Shown here one piece after another: positions 11,810 through 23,790 of a stretch of DNA of 64,000 nucleotides. The notes under the pieces are model-generated. The model worked only from the letters and a program-made list of their open reading frames with translations. It had not been told where the DNA came from and made no database searches. The position numbers were made by a program, and so were the translations under genes. Source of the DNA: Escherichia coli (GTDB taxonomy: Bacteria; Pseudomonadota; Gammaproteobacteria; Enterobacterales; Enterobacteriaceae); the NCBI RefSeq assembly GCF_046105845.1, contig NZ_CP151004.1; one strand, written 5' to 3'. Within the stretch, counting starts at the first letter, position 1; each line of letters opens with the position of its first letter.

Positions 11810-12794
11810 CATCCATCGCCAGTTCAAACGAATGCAGGCGCGCCTGGTGATCGAAAATCTGCCCGTTAACCATAATCTCATCGGCGTCGGTTTCGCGCAG
11901 GATCGACTGCAAGCCATGACGCACTTTCGCTTTATCACCCACCAGCGACATACTCAGCGCCTGCTGCACGCCATACTGCTCGGACGGTGACCAGAACTGA
12001 TCCATATTTTGAATCGGCGGCGGTAGTTGCCCGGTTTCGCCACGGCGCAGCTTCACAAAGGCTTGCTGCATTGAGGTAAAGAGAAATTCAGCGTCGCGGT
12101 TGCTGTCGGCGGCGATAATATTGATGCACACCATCGCATACGGTTTTTCCAGCCGTGCCGACGGTTTGAAGTTGCTGCGATAAAGATGCAGCGCCTGGAA
12201 CAACATATCCGGCGCGAAGTGTGAGGCAAACGCAAACGGCAGACCAAGCTGCGCCGCCAGTTGCGCGCTGTAAAGGCTGGAGCCTAACAACCACACGGGG
12301 ATTTTCTCGCCATAGCCCGGTACCGGGCGCACATGCGGATTGGGATCGCGGGCGTCAAACCAGTCCACCAGCTCCGCGACATCGCGGGGGAAATTATCAA
12401 TATCGCCGCTCATATGACGACGTAGAGCCATCATGGTTCGCTGGTCACTACCCGGAGCACGGCCCAGCCCCAAATCGATTCGCCCCGGATAGAGCGTATT
12501 AAGCGTGCCGAACTGTTCGGCGATCACCAATGGTGAGTGATTAGGCAACATCACGCCGCCAGACCCCAGATGCAGCGTAGTGGTATTCGCCGCCAGATAG
12601 CCAATCAAAACTGATGTTGCAGCACTGGCAATGCCGGTCATATTGTGGTGTTCTGCCAGCCAGTAGCGATGATAGCCGCGCTTTTCAGCCAGACGGGCGA
12701 GCTCGAGAGAGTGGGAGAACGCTTCCCGCGCTGAAGAGCCTTCGGGAATGGGGGCCAGATCGAGTAGCGAAAACGCAATGGTTTTATCAGTCAT
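11787..12794 (-). CDS. yhbW: Luciferase-like flavin-dependent monooxygenase family protein YhbW
   Basis: 335-aa ORF; sequence and position match YhbW; stop overlaps the 3' end of the convergent YafK-like ORF by 23 nt. Confidence 0.93.
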   Translation of the reverse strand: MTDKTIAFSLLDLAPIPEGSSAREAFSHSLELARLAEKRGYHRYWLAEHHNMTGIASAATSVLIGYLAANTTTLHLGSGGVMLPNHSPLVIAEQFGTLNTLYPGRIDLGLGRAPGSDQRTMMALRRHMSGDIDNFPRDVAELVDWFDARDPNPHVRPVPGYGEKIPVWLLGSSLYSAQLAAQLGLPFAFASHFAPDMLFQALHLYRSNFKPSARLEKPYAMVCINIIAADSNRDAEFLFTSMQQAFVKLRRGETGQLPPPIQNMDQFWSPSEQYGVQQALSMSLVGDKAKVRHGLQSILRETDADEIMVNGQIFDHQARLHSFELAMDVKEELLG

Positions 12795-12874
12795 AACAGC
12801 TCACTTTGTTACCGATTAATCTTTAATACTGCATTAAAGAGTAGTTAAAGTTGTTAACAAAGTGAGCTATTTAC

Positions 12875-13753
12875 TTAGGCTTGCAGCTCCAGCCCAGCCA
12901 GCCGCCGCCAGTAGCCGTTACAGTCGCTGTTTGCCGTCAACGGCAGTGGCGCAGCGCCATTTTCATTGGCGCGGAAGGCGTCGAGCATAGCGAAAGTGTC
13001 AGTCCCCTGCGGTGACAGACGAACCACATCAACCAGTCCCTGCATGGATGCCAGCTCGTTACCGAGGTTGTAAACGTAGCCGCTCATGGTCTGAATGCCG
13101 TTGAGTACAAACACTTGTTGGTTTTCCTGCGACAGCACGTTGCGCCCGTTCGGATACTTAATGCAGCAGGTTTCGCACTCATCTTTCGGGCGGTCTTCCG
13201 AACGCGCGGTAAAGCAGCGGGCGGAGTAGGCCAGCGGCAGATGACCGTAGCTCAGGACTTCCACTTCAAACTGGTTGCGAATGCCCAGCTCATCGCACTG
13301 ATTAAGCAGATTCACCAGCCAGTCGCGGGAAAGCTCCACCGGCATACACCAGCGCATCATGCCCTGTTTGAGCAATATTTTCAGCGTCACCGCGTTGTAG
13401 CAGTTCAGCGCGTGTCCGGCGACGAACGGTAGTTTGCGCTCAGCGCACATATTCACCACGCCGAGATCGCTGGCTTCAATCAGAAACTCACCGTTCTCAA
13501 CATAGCGTTTCAGTTCGCCCAGTTCAGAGGATGCCTGCACCAGCGCCAGCGTGGAGAGCACAATCTGCTTACCACTTCCGGCGAGTGATTTTGCCATCTC
13601 CAGCCAGTCGCCAACTTTGGTTGCCCGGCGCTTGCTGCATACCGCTTCACCAAGATAAATCACGTCGGCGCTGCTGGCGGCGGCCTGCTGATAAAATTCT
13701 TCCAGCGTCTCTTTTGGCCAGTACCACAGCACTGGCCCTAAGGAATATTTCAT
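12875..13753 (-). CDS. ubiV: U32-family protein UbiV (O2-independent ubiquinone biosynthesis)
   Basis: Start chosen at MKYSLGPVLWYWPKETLEEF (292 aa); the ORF track's 298-aa version begins 6 codons earlier; conserved Cys cluster present. Confidence 0.9.
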   Translation of the reverse strand: MKYSLGPVLWYWPKETLEEFYQQAAASSADVIYLGEAVCSKRRATKVGDWLEMAKSLAGSGKQIVLSTLALVQASSELGELKRYVENGEFLIEASDLGVVNMCAERKLPFVAGHALNCYNAVTLKILLKQGMMRWCMPVELSRDWLVNLLNQCDELGIRNQFEVEVLSYGHLPLAYSARCFTARSEDRPKDECETCCIKYPNGRNVLSQENQQVFVLNGIQTMSGYVYNLGNELASMQGLVDVVRLSPQGTDTFAMLDAFRANENGAAPLPLTANSDCNGYWRRLAGLELQA

Positions 13754-13761
13754 TGCTTTTC

Positions 13762-14757
13762 TCACTGCCATTTACGGTGATACGCGCCAAGGGTGGTCTG
13801 CGTGCCTTCGGACATCGACCCGAGCGTCTCCATCCACGCGCTTTGCGGTATGAAGTTTTGCGGATCGGCCTTACAACGGTCGATAGCCTGACGCCAGACT
13901 TTCGCCACCTGGCTGACATACGCCGGGCTACGCTGGCGGCCTTCAATTTTCACCGAAGCAATATTCGCTGCCATTAACTCCGGCAGCAGTTCCAGGGTAT
14001 TGAGACTGGTGGGTTCTTCCAGCGCGTGATAGCGCTCGCCGTCCACCAGATAACGCCCTTTACACAGCGTCGGATAACCTGCGTTTTCGCCATCCTGATA
14101 ACGGTCGATCAGCACTTCGTTCAGGCGAGATTCCAGCCCCTGCGGCGTTTGCTGCCAGCGCACGAAACGGGCCGGAGAACACGCACCCACAGTGTTGGGC
14201 GACTCACCCGTCAGATACGACGACAGATAGCAACGCCCTTCCGACATAATGCACAGGCTGCCGAAAGCAAACACTTCCAGCGGGACAGGTGTGACCCGTG
14301 CCAGTTGTTTCACCTGATGAATCGACAACACGCGCGGCAGCACCACGCGGGCAACGTCAAAATGGCGATGATAAAAGTTAATCGCCTCTTCATTGGTCGC
14401 CGAAGCCTGCACTGACACATGACGCTCAATATGCGGGTAACGCTCGGCGGCGTACTCCAGCATGGCGAGGTCGGCGAGGATCAGCGCGTCGGCACCCAGC
14501 TGCGCCGCCATATCCACGGCGCGCTGCCAGCGGGCGTAACCGTCCGGGTGCGCAAAAGTGTTAATCGCGATGTGAAGTTTGCGGCGATGTTGATGGACAA
14601 AACTCACCGCTTCCTGCAATTTTTTCTCGGTAAAGTTAAGGCCGGCGAAGTGACGGGCATTGGTATCATCTTTTAGCCCGATATAAACAGCATCTGCGCC
14701 GTTTTCGATGGCCGCCTTAAGCGCCGGGAGATTTCCGGCAGGGCAGAGCAGCTCCAT
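13762..14757 (-). CDS. ubiU: U32-family protein UbiU (O2-independent ubiquinone biosynthesis)
   Basis: Start chosen at MELLCPAGNLPALKAAIENGADAVYIGLKDD (331 aa); 3' end overlaps the ubiV start by 10 nt. Confidence 0.9.
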   Translation of the reverse strand: MELLCPAGNLPALKAAIENGADAVYIGLKDDTNARHFAGLNFTEKKLQEAVSFVHQHRRKLHIAINTFAHPDGYARWQRAVDMAAQLGADALILADLAMLEYAAERYPHIERHVSVQASATNEEAINFYHRHFDVARVVLPRVLSIHQVKQLARVTPVPLEVFAFGSLCIMSEGRCYLSSYLTGESPNTVGACSPARFVRWQQTPQGLESRLNEVLIDRYQDGENAGYPTLCKGRYLVDGERYHALEEPTSLNTLELLPELMAANIASVKIEGRQRSPAYVSQVAKVWRQAIDRCKADPQNFIPQSAWMETLGSMSEGTQTTLGAYHRKWQ

Positions 14758-14965
14758 AATTTTTCCTGAAGGTTGCGCTATCAAAACGCAAAAATGTTAA
14801 CGAACTGGGATTTTAGTTAACCTTGCTGCGACAATTTTTGATTTAAGGCAGTTAAAGTTGTATTGGTGGTAGCAGCAATTTCATATGGAATTGTTGATTT
14901 ATACCGCTATGTTATTTTTCTGATATGGCAAAATAGGATGATTGTTGAAACAGGGAGTAAAACTC

Positions 14966-15490
14966 GTGTTGGATAAACTGCGTTCCCGTATTGTGCATTT
15001 GGGGCCATCTCTGTTGAGTGTACCGGTAAAACTGACGCCATTTGCGCTAAAACGTCAGGTTCTTGAGCAGGTCCTAAGCTGGCAATTCCGTCAGGCGCTG
15101 GATGATGGCGAGCTGGAGTTTCTTGAAGGCCGCTGGTTAAGTATTCATGTGCGTGATATTGACCTGCAATGGTTTACCTCGGTGGTGAATGGCAAACTGG
15201 TCGTTAGCCAGAACGCGCAAGCTGATGTGAGTTTTAGTGCCGACGCCAGCGATCTGCTGATGATTGCGGCGCGTAAACAAGATCCGGATACGCTCTTCTT
15301 CCAGCGTCGGCTGGTGATTGAAGGCGATACGGAGCTGGGGCTGTATGTGAAAAACCTGATGGACGCCATTGAACTGGAGCAAATGCCGAAAGCCTTACGC
15401 ATGATGCTGCTGCAACTGGCGGATTTTGTTGAGGCGGGAATGAAAACCGCGCCTGAAACCAAACAGACATCGGTAGGTGAACCATGCTAA
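14966..15490 (+). CDS. ubiT: SCP2-domain lipid-binding protein UbiT (YhbT)
   Basis: 174-aa product if the GTG at 14966 is used (VLDKLRSRIVHLGPSLLSVPVKL...); the ORF track's ATG at 14942 is an alternative; divergent from ubiUV. Confidence 0.85.
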   Translation: MLDKLRSRIVHLGPSLLSVPVKLTPFALKRQVLEQVLSWQFRQALDDGELEFLEGRWLSIHVRDIDLQWFTSVVNGKLVVSQNAQADVSFSADASDLLMIAARKQDPDTLFFQRRLVIEGDTELGLYVKNLMDAIELEQMPKALRMMLLQLADFVEAGMKTAPETKQTSVGEPC

Positions 15491-15987
15491 TTCGAGTAGA
15501 AATTCCCATTGATGCGCCGGGTATTGATGCCCTGCTGCGTCGTTCATTCGAAAGTGATGCGGAAGCGAAGCTGGTTCACGATCTGCGTGAAGATGGCTTT
15601 CTGACGTTGGGGCTGGTGGCGACAGATGACGAAGGTCAGGTCATTGGCTATGTGGCATTTAGTCCGGTTGATGTGCAGGGCGAAGACCTGCAATGGGTCG
15701 GCATGGCACCGCTGGCGGTAGATGAAAAATACCGTGGACAGGGGCTGGCACGCCAACTGGTCTATGAAGGACTCGATTCGCTCAATGAGTTCGGCTATGC
15801 CGCAGTGGTGACGCTGGGCGATCCGGCGCTGTACAGTCGTTTCGGCTTTGAACTGGCGGCGCATCACGATCTGCGTTGCCGCTGGCCGGGCACTGAAAGC
15901 GCCTTCCAGGTACATCGTTTAGCGGATGACGCGCTGAACGGCGTAACCGGTCTGGTTGAGTATCACGAGCATTTCAATCGCTTTTAA
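15484..15987 (+). CDS. yhbS: GNAT-family N-acetyltransferase YhbS
   Basis: 167-aa ORF; start overlaps the ubiT stop (ATGCTAA). Confidence 0.92.
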   Translation: MLIRVEIPIDAPGIDALLRRSFESDAEAKLVHDLREDGFLTLGLVATDDEGQVIGYVAFSPVDVQGEDLQWVGMAPLAVDEKYRGQGLARQLVYEGLDSLNEFGYAAVVTLGDPALYSRFGFELAAHHDLRCRWPGTESAFQVHRLADDALNGVTGLVEYHEHFNRF

Positions 15988-16276
15988 TCTCCGGGGGTTG
16001 CAGGCTGCTCAACAGCTCTGCAAACCCTGCGCCTTCCGCTACCAGACGCTCTTTTTGCCGTTTGGTCAGTTGCTTAACGCGATATTCCGCCCGTAGTGCC
16101 AGCGAACGATCGCCCACTGGCGCGGAAAACGCCAGCGTTAGTTCTCCTTTCCCGCGCAGTGCTTTCGCCCCTTTGCCGCTTTGGTGCTGCTGATAGCGGC
16201 GTTCGACATCTGTGGTGATCCCGGTATAAAGCTTATTGTCGGCGGTACGGATCAAGTAAAGAAACCAGGGTGTCAT
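15974..16276 (-). CDS. yhbQ: GIY-YIG domain protein YhbQ (UPF0213)
   Basis: 100-aa [34 protein letters not shown]... (GIY-YIG motif); convergent 14-nt overlap with yhbS. Confidence 0.92.
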   Translation of the reverse strand: MTPWFLYLIRTADNKLYTGITTDVERRYQQHQSGKGAKALRGKGELTLAFSAPVGDRSLALRAEYRVKQLTKRQKERLVAEGAGFAELLSSLQPPEIKSD

Positions 16277-16326
16277 CGTCTGCGTCGCATGTTAAGGTCA
16301 GGCCCACAGTATAAAAGAGAACAGCA

Positions 16327-16749
16327 ATGGAAACACTCACCGCCATCAGCCGTTGGCTGGCAAAACAACATGTTGTCACCTGGTGTGTGCAGCAGGAAGG
16401 GGAACTCTGGTGCGCTAATGCCTTTTATCTTTTTGATGCGCAGAAAGTCGCCTTCTACATTTTGACGGAAGAAAAAACGCGCCACGCGCAGATGAGTGGG
16501 CCGCAGGCGGCAGTTGCCGGAACGGTAAACGGTCAGCCGAAAACGGTAGCGTTAATTCGCGGCGTGCAATTTAAAGGCGAGATCCGCAGGCTTGAAGGTG
16601 AGGAAAGCGACCTCGCACGCAAGGCGTACAACTGTCGCTTTCCGGTTGCCAGAATGCTGTCGGCCCCGGTATGGGAAATCCGGCTCGATGAAATCAAATT
16701 CACCGACAACACGCTGGGCTTTGGTAAAAAAATGATTTGGCTACGTAAC

Positions 16750-16770
<21 letters not shown>
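16327..16770 (+). CDS. yhbP: UPF0306 protein YhbP (PNPOx-like FMN-binding fold)
   Basis: 147-aa ORF matching YhbP. Confidence 0.92.
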
Positions 16771-17280
<510 letters not shown>

Positions 17281-17281
17281 A

Positions 17282-18031
<750 letters not shown>

Positions 18032-18103
18032 TTATTCCCAAGAATTGATAGTGAGCGTAATATTCACGCGCTCAATTATCATAACTTATTCCTGGGGAAT
18101 GCT

Positions 18104-19144
18104 ATGACTGGTCAGTCTTCATCTCAGGCGGCAACGCCCATTCAGTGGTGGAAACCCGCGCTTTTCTTTCTCGTTGTCATTGCTGGTCTCTGGTATGTGA
18201 AATGGCAACCTTACTACGGCAAAGCGTTTACTGCTGCCGAAACCCACAGTATCGGTAAATCTATCCTTGCGCAGGCGGATGCTAATCCGTGGCAGGCGGC
18301 GTTGGATTACGCGATGATCTATTTCCTCGCGGTATGGAAAGCGGCGGTGCTGGGCGTACTGCTCGGGTCGTTGATTCAGGTGCTGATTCCGCGTGACTGG
18401 TTGCTGCGTACGCTTGGGCAATCGCGCTTTCGCGGCACGCTGCTGGGAACGCTGTTTTCGCTGCCGGGCATGATGTGTACCTGCTGTGCGGCTCCGGTCG
18501 CGGCGGGAATGCGTCGCCAACAGGTATCGATGGGCGGGGCGCTGGCATTCTGGATGGGGAATCCGTTGTTAAACCCGGCGACGCTGGTGTTTATGGGGTT
18601 TGTCCTCGGCTGGGGGTTTGCGGCGATTCGTCTGGTGGCGGGGCTGGTGATGGTGTTGCTGATTGCGACGCTGGTGCAAAAATGGGTACGTGAAACACCG
18701 CTAACGCAGGCACCGGTCGAAATTGACATACCGGAAGCGCAGGGCGGATTTTTTAGCCGCTGGGGCAGGGCGCTATGGACGCTTTTCTGGAGTACGATCC
18801 CGGTTTATATCCTTGCCGTACTGGTGTTGGGTGCCGCTCGCGTCTGGTTATTCCCCCATGCTGATGGTGCTGTCGATAACAGCCTGATGTGGGTGATTGC
18901 GATGGCGGTAGCGGGATGCTTGTTTGTCATTCCAACGGCAGCAGAAATTCCAATTGTACAAACGATGATGCTGGCAGGCATGGGAACCGCTCCGGCGCTG
19001 GCATTGTTGATGACGCTCCCGGCGGTGAGTTTGCCGTCACTGATTATGCTGCGCAAAGCGTTCCCGGCGAAAGCCTTATGGCTGACGGGGGCGATGGTGG
19101 CAGTGTCAGGTGTGATTGTCGGCGGGTTGGCGCTGTTGGCCTAA
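18104..19144 (+). CDS. yraQ: Inner-membrane permease YraQ (UPF0718)
   Basis: 346-aa polytopic membrane protein with CxxC motifs. Confidence 0.92.
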   Translation: MTGQSSSQAATPIQWWKPALFFLVVIAGLWYVKWQPYYGKAFTAAETHSIGKSILAQADANPWQAALDYAMIYFLAVWKAAVLGVLLGSLIQVLIPRDWLLRTLGQSRFRGTLLGTLFSLPGMMCTCCAAPVAAGMRRQQVSMGGALAFWMGNPLLNPATLVFMGFVLGWGFAAIRLVAGLVMVLLIATLVQKWVRETPLTQAPVEIDIPEAQGGFFSRWGRALWTLFWSTIPVYILAVLVLGAARVWLFPHADGAVDNSLMWVIAMAVAGCLFVIPTAAEIPIVQTMMLAGMGTAPALALLMTLPAVSLPSLIMLRKAFPAKALWLTGAMVAVSGVIVGGLALLA

Positions 19145-19178
19145 GATGTTGGATGCTCCTGAATACAGCACTGGACGG

Positions 19179-19217
19179 TCCCCTCTCCCCTTTGGGGAGA
19201 GGGTTAGGGTGAGGGGA
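19179..19217. repeat. GC-rich palindromic element between convergent yraQ and dolP (probable bidirectional terminator / dispersed intergenic repeat)
   Basis: ccctctcccc-ttt-ggggagaggg followed by ttagggtgagggg; perfect 10-bp stem. Confidence 0.5.
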
Positions 19218-19265
19218 ACAGGTCGGCTAAGGTGTGAATATTTACTTCAACGACCGATCAATGGC

Positions 19266-19841
19266 TTATTTAATAAACGTAAACGCCGTGGTTACCCGCT
19301 TCACGCCGCTTACCCGGCTGGCAATATCTGCCGCCGCTTTCGCTTCACGTTCAGTCACTAGCCCCATCAGGAACACTTCACCGTTTTCGGTGGTCACTTT
19401 CACGTTGGACGATTTCACCAGGTCGCTGGTTAAGAGCTGCGAACGCACTTTGGTGGTGATCCACGTATCGTTAGACGCTTCGCCCAGACCAATCGGCTGG
19501 CCCTGACGAATCTCGTTATACACTTCGTTGGCACCGTCTACGCCCATAGCAATCTGTTTGGCGCGAGCCGAAAGTTCAGCGTTTGGTGACTGCCCAACCA
19601 GCAGCACTTTGCCCTGATACGCCGTGACATTAATACGGGTTTCTTTCTTAATCTGTTCGTCTTTCGACAATGCGCTGTTTACGCGCACTTCCAGGGTACC
19701 ATCGTCCACCTGGGTGCCGACACTGCGTGGGTCAGTTGCGGCTTTGGTACCTACAGCAGCGGTACCCACTACGGCAGCGGCAACACAACCTTGCAACAGC
19801 AGCGCGGAAAGAAGGACTGCGATTGGCGATAATGCCTTCAT
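19266..19841 (-). CDS. dolP: Dual BON-domain outer-membrane lipoprotein DolP (YraP)
   Basis: 191-aa ORF with lipoprotein signal and lipobox LLQGC. Confidence 0.94.
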   Translation of the reverse strand: MKALSPIAVLLSALLLQGCVAAAVVGTAAVGTKAATDPRSVGTQVDDGTLEVRVNSALSKDEQIKKETRINVTAYQGKVLLVGQSPNAELSARAKQIAMGVDGANEVYNEIRQGQPIGLGEASNDTWITTKVRSQLLTSDLVKSSNVKVTTENGEVFLMGLVTEREAKAAADIASRVSGVKRVTTAFTFIK

Positions 19842-19850
19842 GTATTCTCC

Positions 19851-20441
19851 TTAAACATCCTGGTGAGGGAAAAGCGTGTTATCGATCAGATCGCACAGGC
19901 AATTTACCGTCAGCATATGCATTTCCTGAATGCGAGCACTACGATGCGAAGGAATGCGGATCTCCACATCCTGTGGCCCTAACAAACCTGCAAGTTCACC
20001 GCCGTCATAGCCGGTTAATGCCACAATGGTCATATCACGCGTAACGGCAGCTTCTACCGCTTTTACAATATCGCGGCTGTTGCCACGGGTGGAAATGGCT
20101 AACAATACATCCCCCGCATGACCCAGCGCCCGCACCTGTTTTGCATACACTTCATCATGTAAGCGATCGTTGGCAATCGCCGTTAAGACAACATTATCAG
20201 TATTTAGTGCAATGGCAGGTAAGCTGGGCCGCTCCGTTTCGAAACGGTTGATCATGCTGGCAGCAAAATGCTGTGCATTGGCAGCGGAAGTTCCATTACC
20301 ACAACAGAGGATTTTGTTGCCATTGAGCAGAGACTGAACCAGCGTCATGGCTGCACGGGAGATGGCATCCGGAAGCGCCTCTGCCGCCGCAATTTGAGTT
20401 TGAATGCTTTCAGTGAAGCAAGCTTTAATTCTTTCTTGCAC
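19851..20441 (-). CDS. diaA: DnaA initiator-associating protein DiaA (SIS domain)
   Basis: 196-aa [24 protein letters not shown]... Confidence 0.95.
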
Positions 20442-20460
20442 GCTAATCCTTAAACCTTAA

Positions 20461-20856
20461 TTATGAGTGGTCATTAAAGGCATCCTTAATCCACTCAACC
20501 TCATTCCCGGTGAAGGCTACCACATCGAACCGGCAATCCACAGTATCAAAACTCCCATTATGACGCGCGAGCCACAAGCGGGCAGTCTGTAATAATTTGT
20601 GTTGTTTGCTGCGGGTCACACTGGCTGCCGCGCCGCCATAAAGCGCAGAGCGGCGGTAACGCACCTCAACAAAAACGGTGGTCCGGCCTTCACGCATTAT
20701 CAGATCGATCTCGCCGCCACGCTCGTTCACGTTAGCGGCGATAAACCGCAGTCCTTTGCCTTCCAGCCAGCGACGCGCTTGTGCTTCCCACGCATCGCCG
20801 GTCTGTTTGGTGGTTAACTGGCGGGGACTACCTGACCTTGTTGGTACTGTAGCCAT
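20461..20856 (-). CDS. yraN: UPF0102 protein YraN
   Basis: 131-aa ORF; start region overlaps the lpoA 3' end. Confidence 0.92.
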   Translation of the reverse strand: MATVPTRSGSPRQLTTKQTGDAWEAQARRWLEGKGLRFIAANVNERGGEIDLIMREGRTTVFVEVRYRRSALYGGAAASVTRSKQHKLLQTARLWLARHNGSFDTVDCRFDVVAFTGNEVEWIKDAFNDHS

Positions 20857-22850
20857 GATAACTTCCTGTTAATCACGCAATCCGGGTTAGCCGTCAGACT
20901 TCCGGTATTACCGTTGATTTCAAAACCCTGAACCTGGCGCATTTGTGAGAAATGATTTGTCAACGACCAGGCATCGACGCCCATCGCATACATGCGAGCC
21001 AGCGAATAATCGTTGTTCACCGCGCTGAGCGCCTGCTGCATTAACGGCAGATTACCGCCTGCCAGCATCGGGATTTCGCTGTACTGCAAGCCTTCCATCT
21101 CCAGACGGAAATCCGGGCCTGCGGTGCCTTGTGCGCTGCGGGAACTGGCGTACAGCGTTGCACCGCTCTGGCTACCGTTACGCATGGCGATCATCGGTTT
21201 GATAAAAGCGATTTCACCCGGCGTTGCCACAATGTAGACCGCATCGACACGACCGCCATTATTGGTGAACTGGTCATCGGTTGGCGTGGTTTGCAGCGTT
21301 GGATTGTTGGTCGTCATGCCGGAGTCGGTTGTCGCTCTGGGAGTAATCGGGCTACCCGTTAAAGCAATACCAGAACCGCCGTTAACACCCGCGCGTAATT
21401 CGCTGGTGGAACCAAATTTTTGTTGCAGAACGGTGCCGCCACCCAGTTTCTGCCACTCTTGCGCAAACGCATTGGCTACGCGATCGCCCAATGAACTACG
21501 TGGGATCAGCACCAGCGGCGCTTGTTTACCCTGGTCACGAATATGACGCGCAGCATCGCGCGCTTCGTCTTCTGGTGAAAGCGCGAAGTAACAAATATTG
21601 ACGCGGTTTTCGATATTCTCCGGCTGGTTCAGTGCCAGCACGTTCAGCGGGGTGTTGCTCTTCAGCAACTCTTCAACGTTATTTTTCAGCAACGGGCCGA
21701 CCACAATACTCGCGCCATCCTGTTGAACCTGGTTGAGGATCTGGCTAAGTGGTTGTGATGATGTATCGTAGATTTTCAGCTCTGCGGATGGATTCGCAGG
21801 TGCGCTTACCGCTGCGGTGGTTGCCGCCGGGGCGTTTACAGGCACCGGCTGGGCCGCAGGTTGTTCACCGGTCAGATCGCTAACCGAGGCTTGTGCCGGG
21901 CTGGCAACGCCATCCACGGTTTGCGGCTGAGGTTGTTCTGCTACGTCTGCGGCAGGTGCGGCAGCTACCTGAGTCGCCACTGGCTGAGTGCCGATATTTT
22001 TCGCCGCTTCAAAGCCTTGCTGAATAGTGCGACCAAATACCGCTGCCTGGCCATTCAGTGGCAACAGCAGGGCGATTTTGTTGGTCGATGCGGGTTTAAA
22101 CGCTTTTACGTTAACCAACTGCGTTGGCAGCATTTTCGCGCCCGGGTTGTTCGGATAACGTTTCTGCCAGTCGGCGATCCCGGCTTTCATCATGTCGGGA
22201 TCGTTACGGTTATCAAACCAGATGCGCTGCAGATCCAGCCAGCCTTGCAGAATATTTTCGTCGGCATTGATCACCAGCGTATTCGCCTGTTCCTGAGTCA
22301 TGGAGGAGAGCGCCTGCCAGGTGGCGTCAATATTCTGCTGCTTTTCTTTCGCGCCGAGCAGCGGTTCCTGAGCAATTAACGCGCGCAGTAAATCAATGGA
22401 AGGACGCCCCTGGCTGGCATCGATTTTTGCCTGCCAGTAACGCGCTTGCTGGTTTTGTTCTAAATCTGCAGGTGTGATTTTCGCCAGCAAGTTTTGCGCG
22501 CCAGCAAAATCTTTCTGCGCCAGTTTAATCTCTGCCGCCAGCAGTGTTTTCTCGCGACGCTGAGAATCGTTCAGTTCTTGCGGTAGTTGGTTAAACAACT
22601 CCACCGCCTGTCCGGTTTTACCTTCTTTCACCAGTGCACGAATGGCGAGTAATTGCCAGTTGATCCTGGTATCATCAGAACTTTGCTGCATCTGTTGCAG
22701 GTAAAAGGCAGAATCAGCCTGCGCCGTGCCCTGCATATAGGCAGTGGACTGATCGGGAGTATGGGTGCCACAACCGGCGAAAATCAGGGCTGCCAGAACA
22801 ACAGGCAGACAACGCGCGGCTTTCAAACGAGAAAATGTTGAGGGTACCAT
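20814..22850 (-). CDS. lpoA: Outer-membrane lipoprotein LpoA, activator of PBP1A
   Basis: 678-aa product from [27 protein letters not shown] (lipobox); the ORF track's version has 10 extra N-terminal codons. Confidence 0.94.
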   Translation of the reverse strand: MVPSTFSRLKAARCLPVVLAALIFAGCGTHTPDQSTAYMQGTAQADSAFYLQQMQQSSDDTRINWQLLAIRALVKEGKTGQAVELFNQLPQELNDSQRREKTLLAAEIKLAQKDFAGAQNLLAKITPADLEQNQQARYWQAKIDASQGRPSIDLLRALIAQEPLLGAKEKQQNIDATWQALSSMTQEQANTLVINADENILQGWLDLQRIWFDNRNDPDMMKAGIADWQKRYPNNPGAKMLPTQLVNVKAFKPASTNKIALLLPLNGQAAVFGRTIQQGFEAAKNIGTQPVATQVAAAPAADVAEQPQPQTVDGVASPAQASVSDLTGEQPAAQPVPVNAPAATTAAVSAPANPSAELKIYDTSSQPLSQILNQVQQDGASIVVGPLLKNNVEELLKSNTPLNVLALNQPENIENRVNICYFALSPEDEARDAARHIRDQGKQAPLVLIPRSSLGDRVANAFAQEWQKLGGGTVLQQKFGSTSELRAGVNGGSGIALTGSPITPRATTDSGMTTNNPTLQTTPTDDQFTNNGGRVDAVYIVATPGEIAFIKPMIAMRNGSQSGATLYASSRSAQGTAGPDFRLEMEGLQYSEIPMLAGGNLPLMQQALSAVNNDYSLARMYAMGVDAWSLTNHFSQMRQVQGFEINGNTGSLTANPDCVINRKLSWLQYQQGQVVPAS

Positions 22851-22914
22851 AATGTATCCAGTGATATTTTTTTTACGCAATGCTCAATATTAAATCGGCA
22901 ATACGGACGACACA

Positions 22915-23775
22915 ATGAAACAACACCAATCGGCGGATAATTCTCAGGGCCAGCTTTACATTGTACCGACGCCAATCGGCAATCTGGCGGATATCACCCA
23001 GCGTGCGTTGGAGGTATTACAGGCCGTTGATCTGATTGCCGCCGAGGATACGCGTCACACCGGTTTATTGCTGCAACATTTTGGGATTAATGCTCGGTTG
23101 TTTGCGCTGCACGACCATAACGAACAACAAAAAGCCGAAACGCTGCTGGCGAAGCTGCAAGAGGGGCAAAACATTGCGCTGGTTTCCGATGCCGGAACGC
23201 CGCTAATTAACGATCCTGGCTACCATCTGGTGCGTACCTGCCGTGAAGCGGGGATTCGCGTGGTGCCGCTACCCGGGCCGTGTGCTGCTATCACTGCGTT
23301 AAGCGCCGCGGGTTTACCATCCGATCGTTTTTGTTATGAAGGCTTTTTACCTGCCAAATCAAAAGGCCGCCGTGATGCGCTAAAAGCCATTGAAGCGGAG
23401 CCGCGCACGCTGATTTTTTATGAATCTACCCACCGTCTGTTAGATAGCCTGGAAGATATCGTTGCGGTATTAGGCGAATCCCGCTACGTGGTTCTGGCGC
23501 GTGAGCTGACCAAAACCTGGGAAACCATTCACGGCGCGCCCGTTGGCGAGCTGCTGGCGTGGGTCAAAGAAGATGAAAACCGTCGCAAAGGCGAAATGGT
23601 ACTGATTGTCGAAGGCCATAAAGCACAGGAAGAAGACTTACCCGCCGATGCCCTGCGCACGCTGGCGCTGCTACAGGCAGAACTGCCGCTGAAAAAAGCG
23701 GCGGCGCTGGCGGCAGAAATTCACGGCGTGAAGAAAAATGCGCTATATAAGTATGCGCTGGAGCAGCAGGGGTAA
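22915..23775 (+). CDS. rsmI: 16S rRNA C1402 2'-O-ribose methyltransferase RsmI
   Basis: 286-aa ORF; divergent from lpoA. Confidence 0.95.
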
Positions 23776-23790
23776 GCCTGCTGCTGGAAA

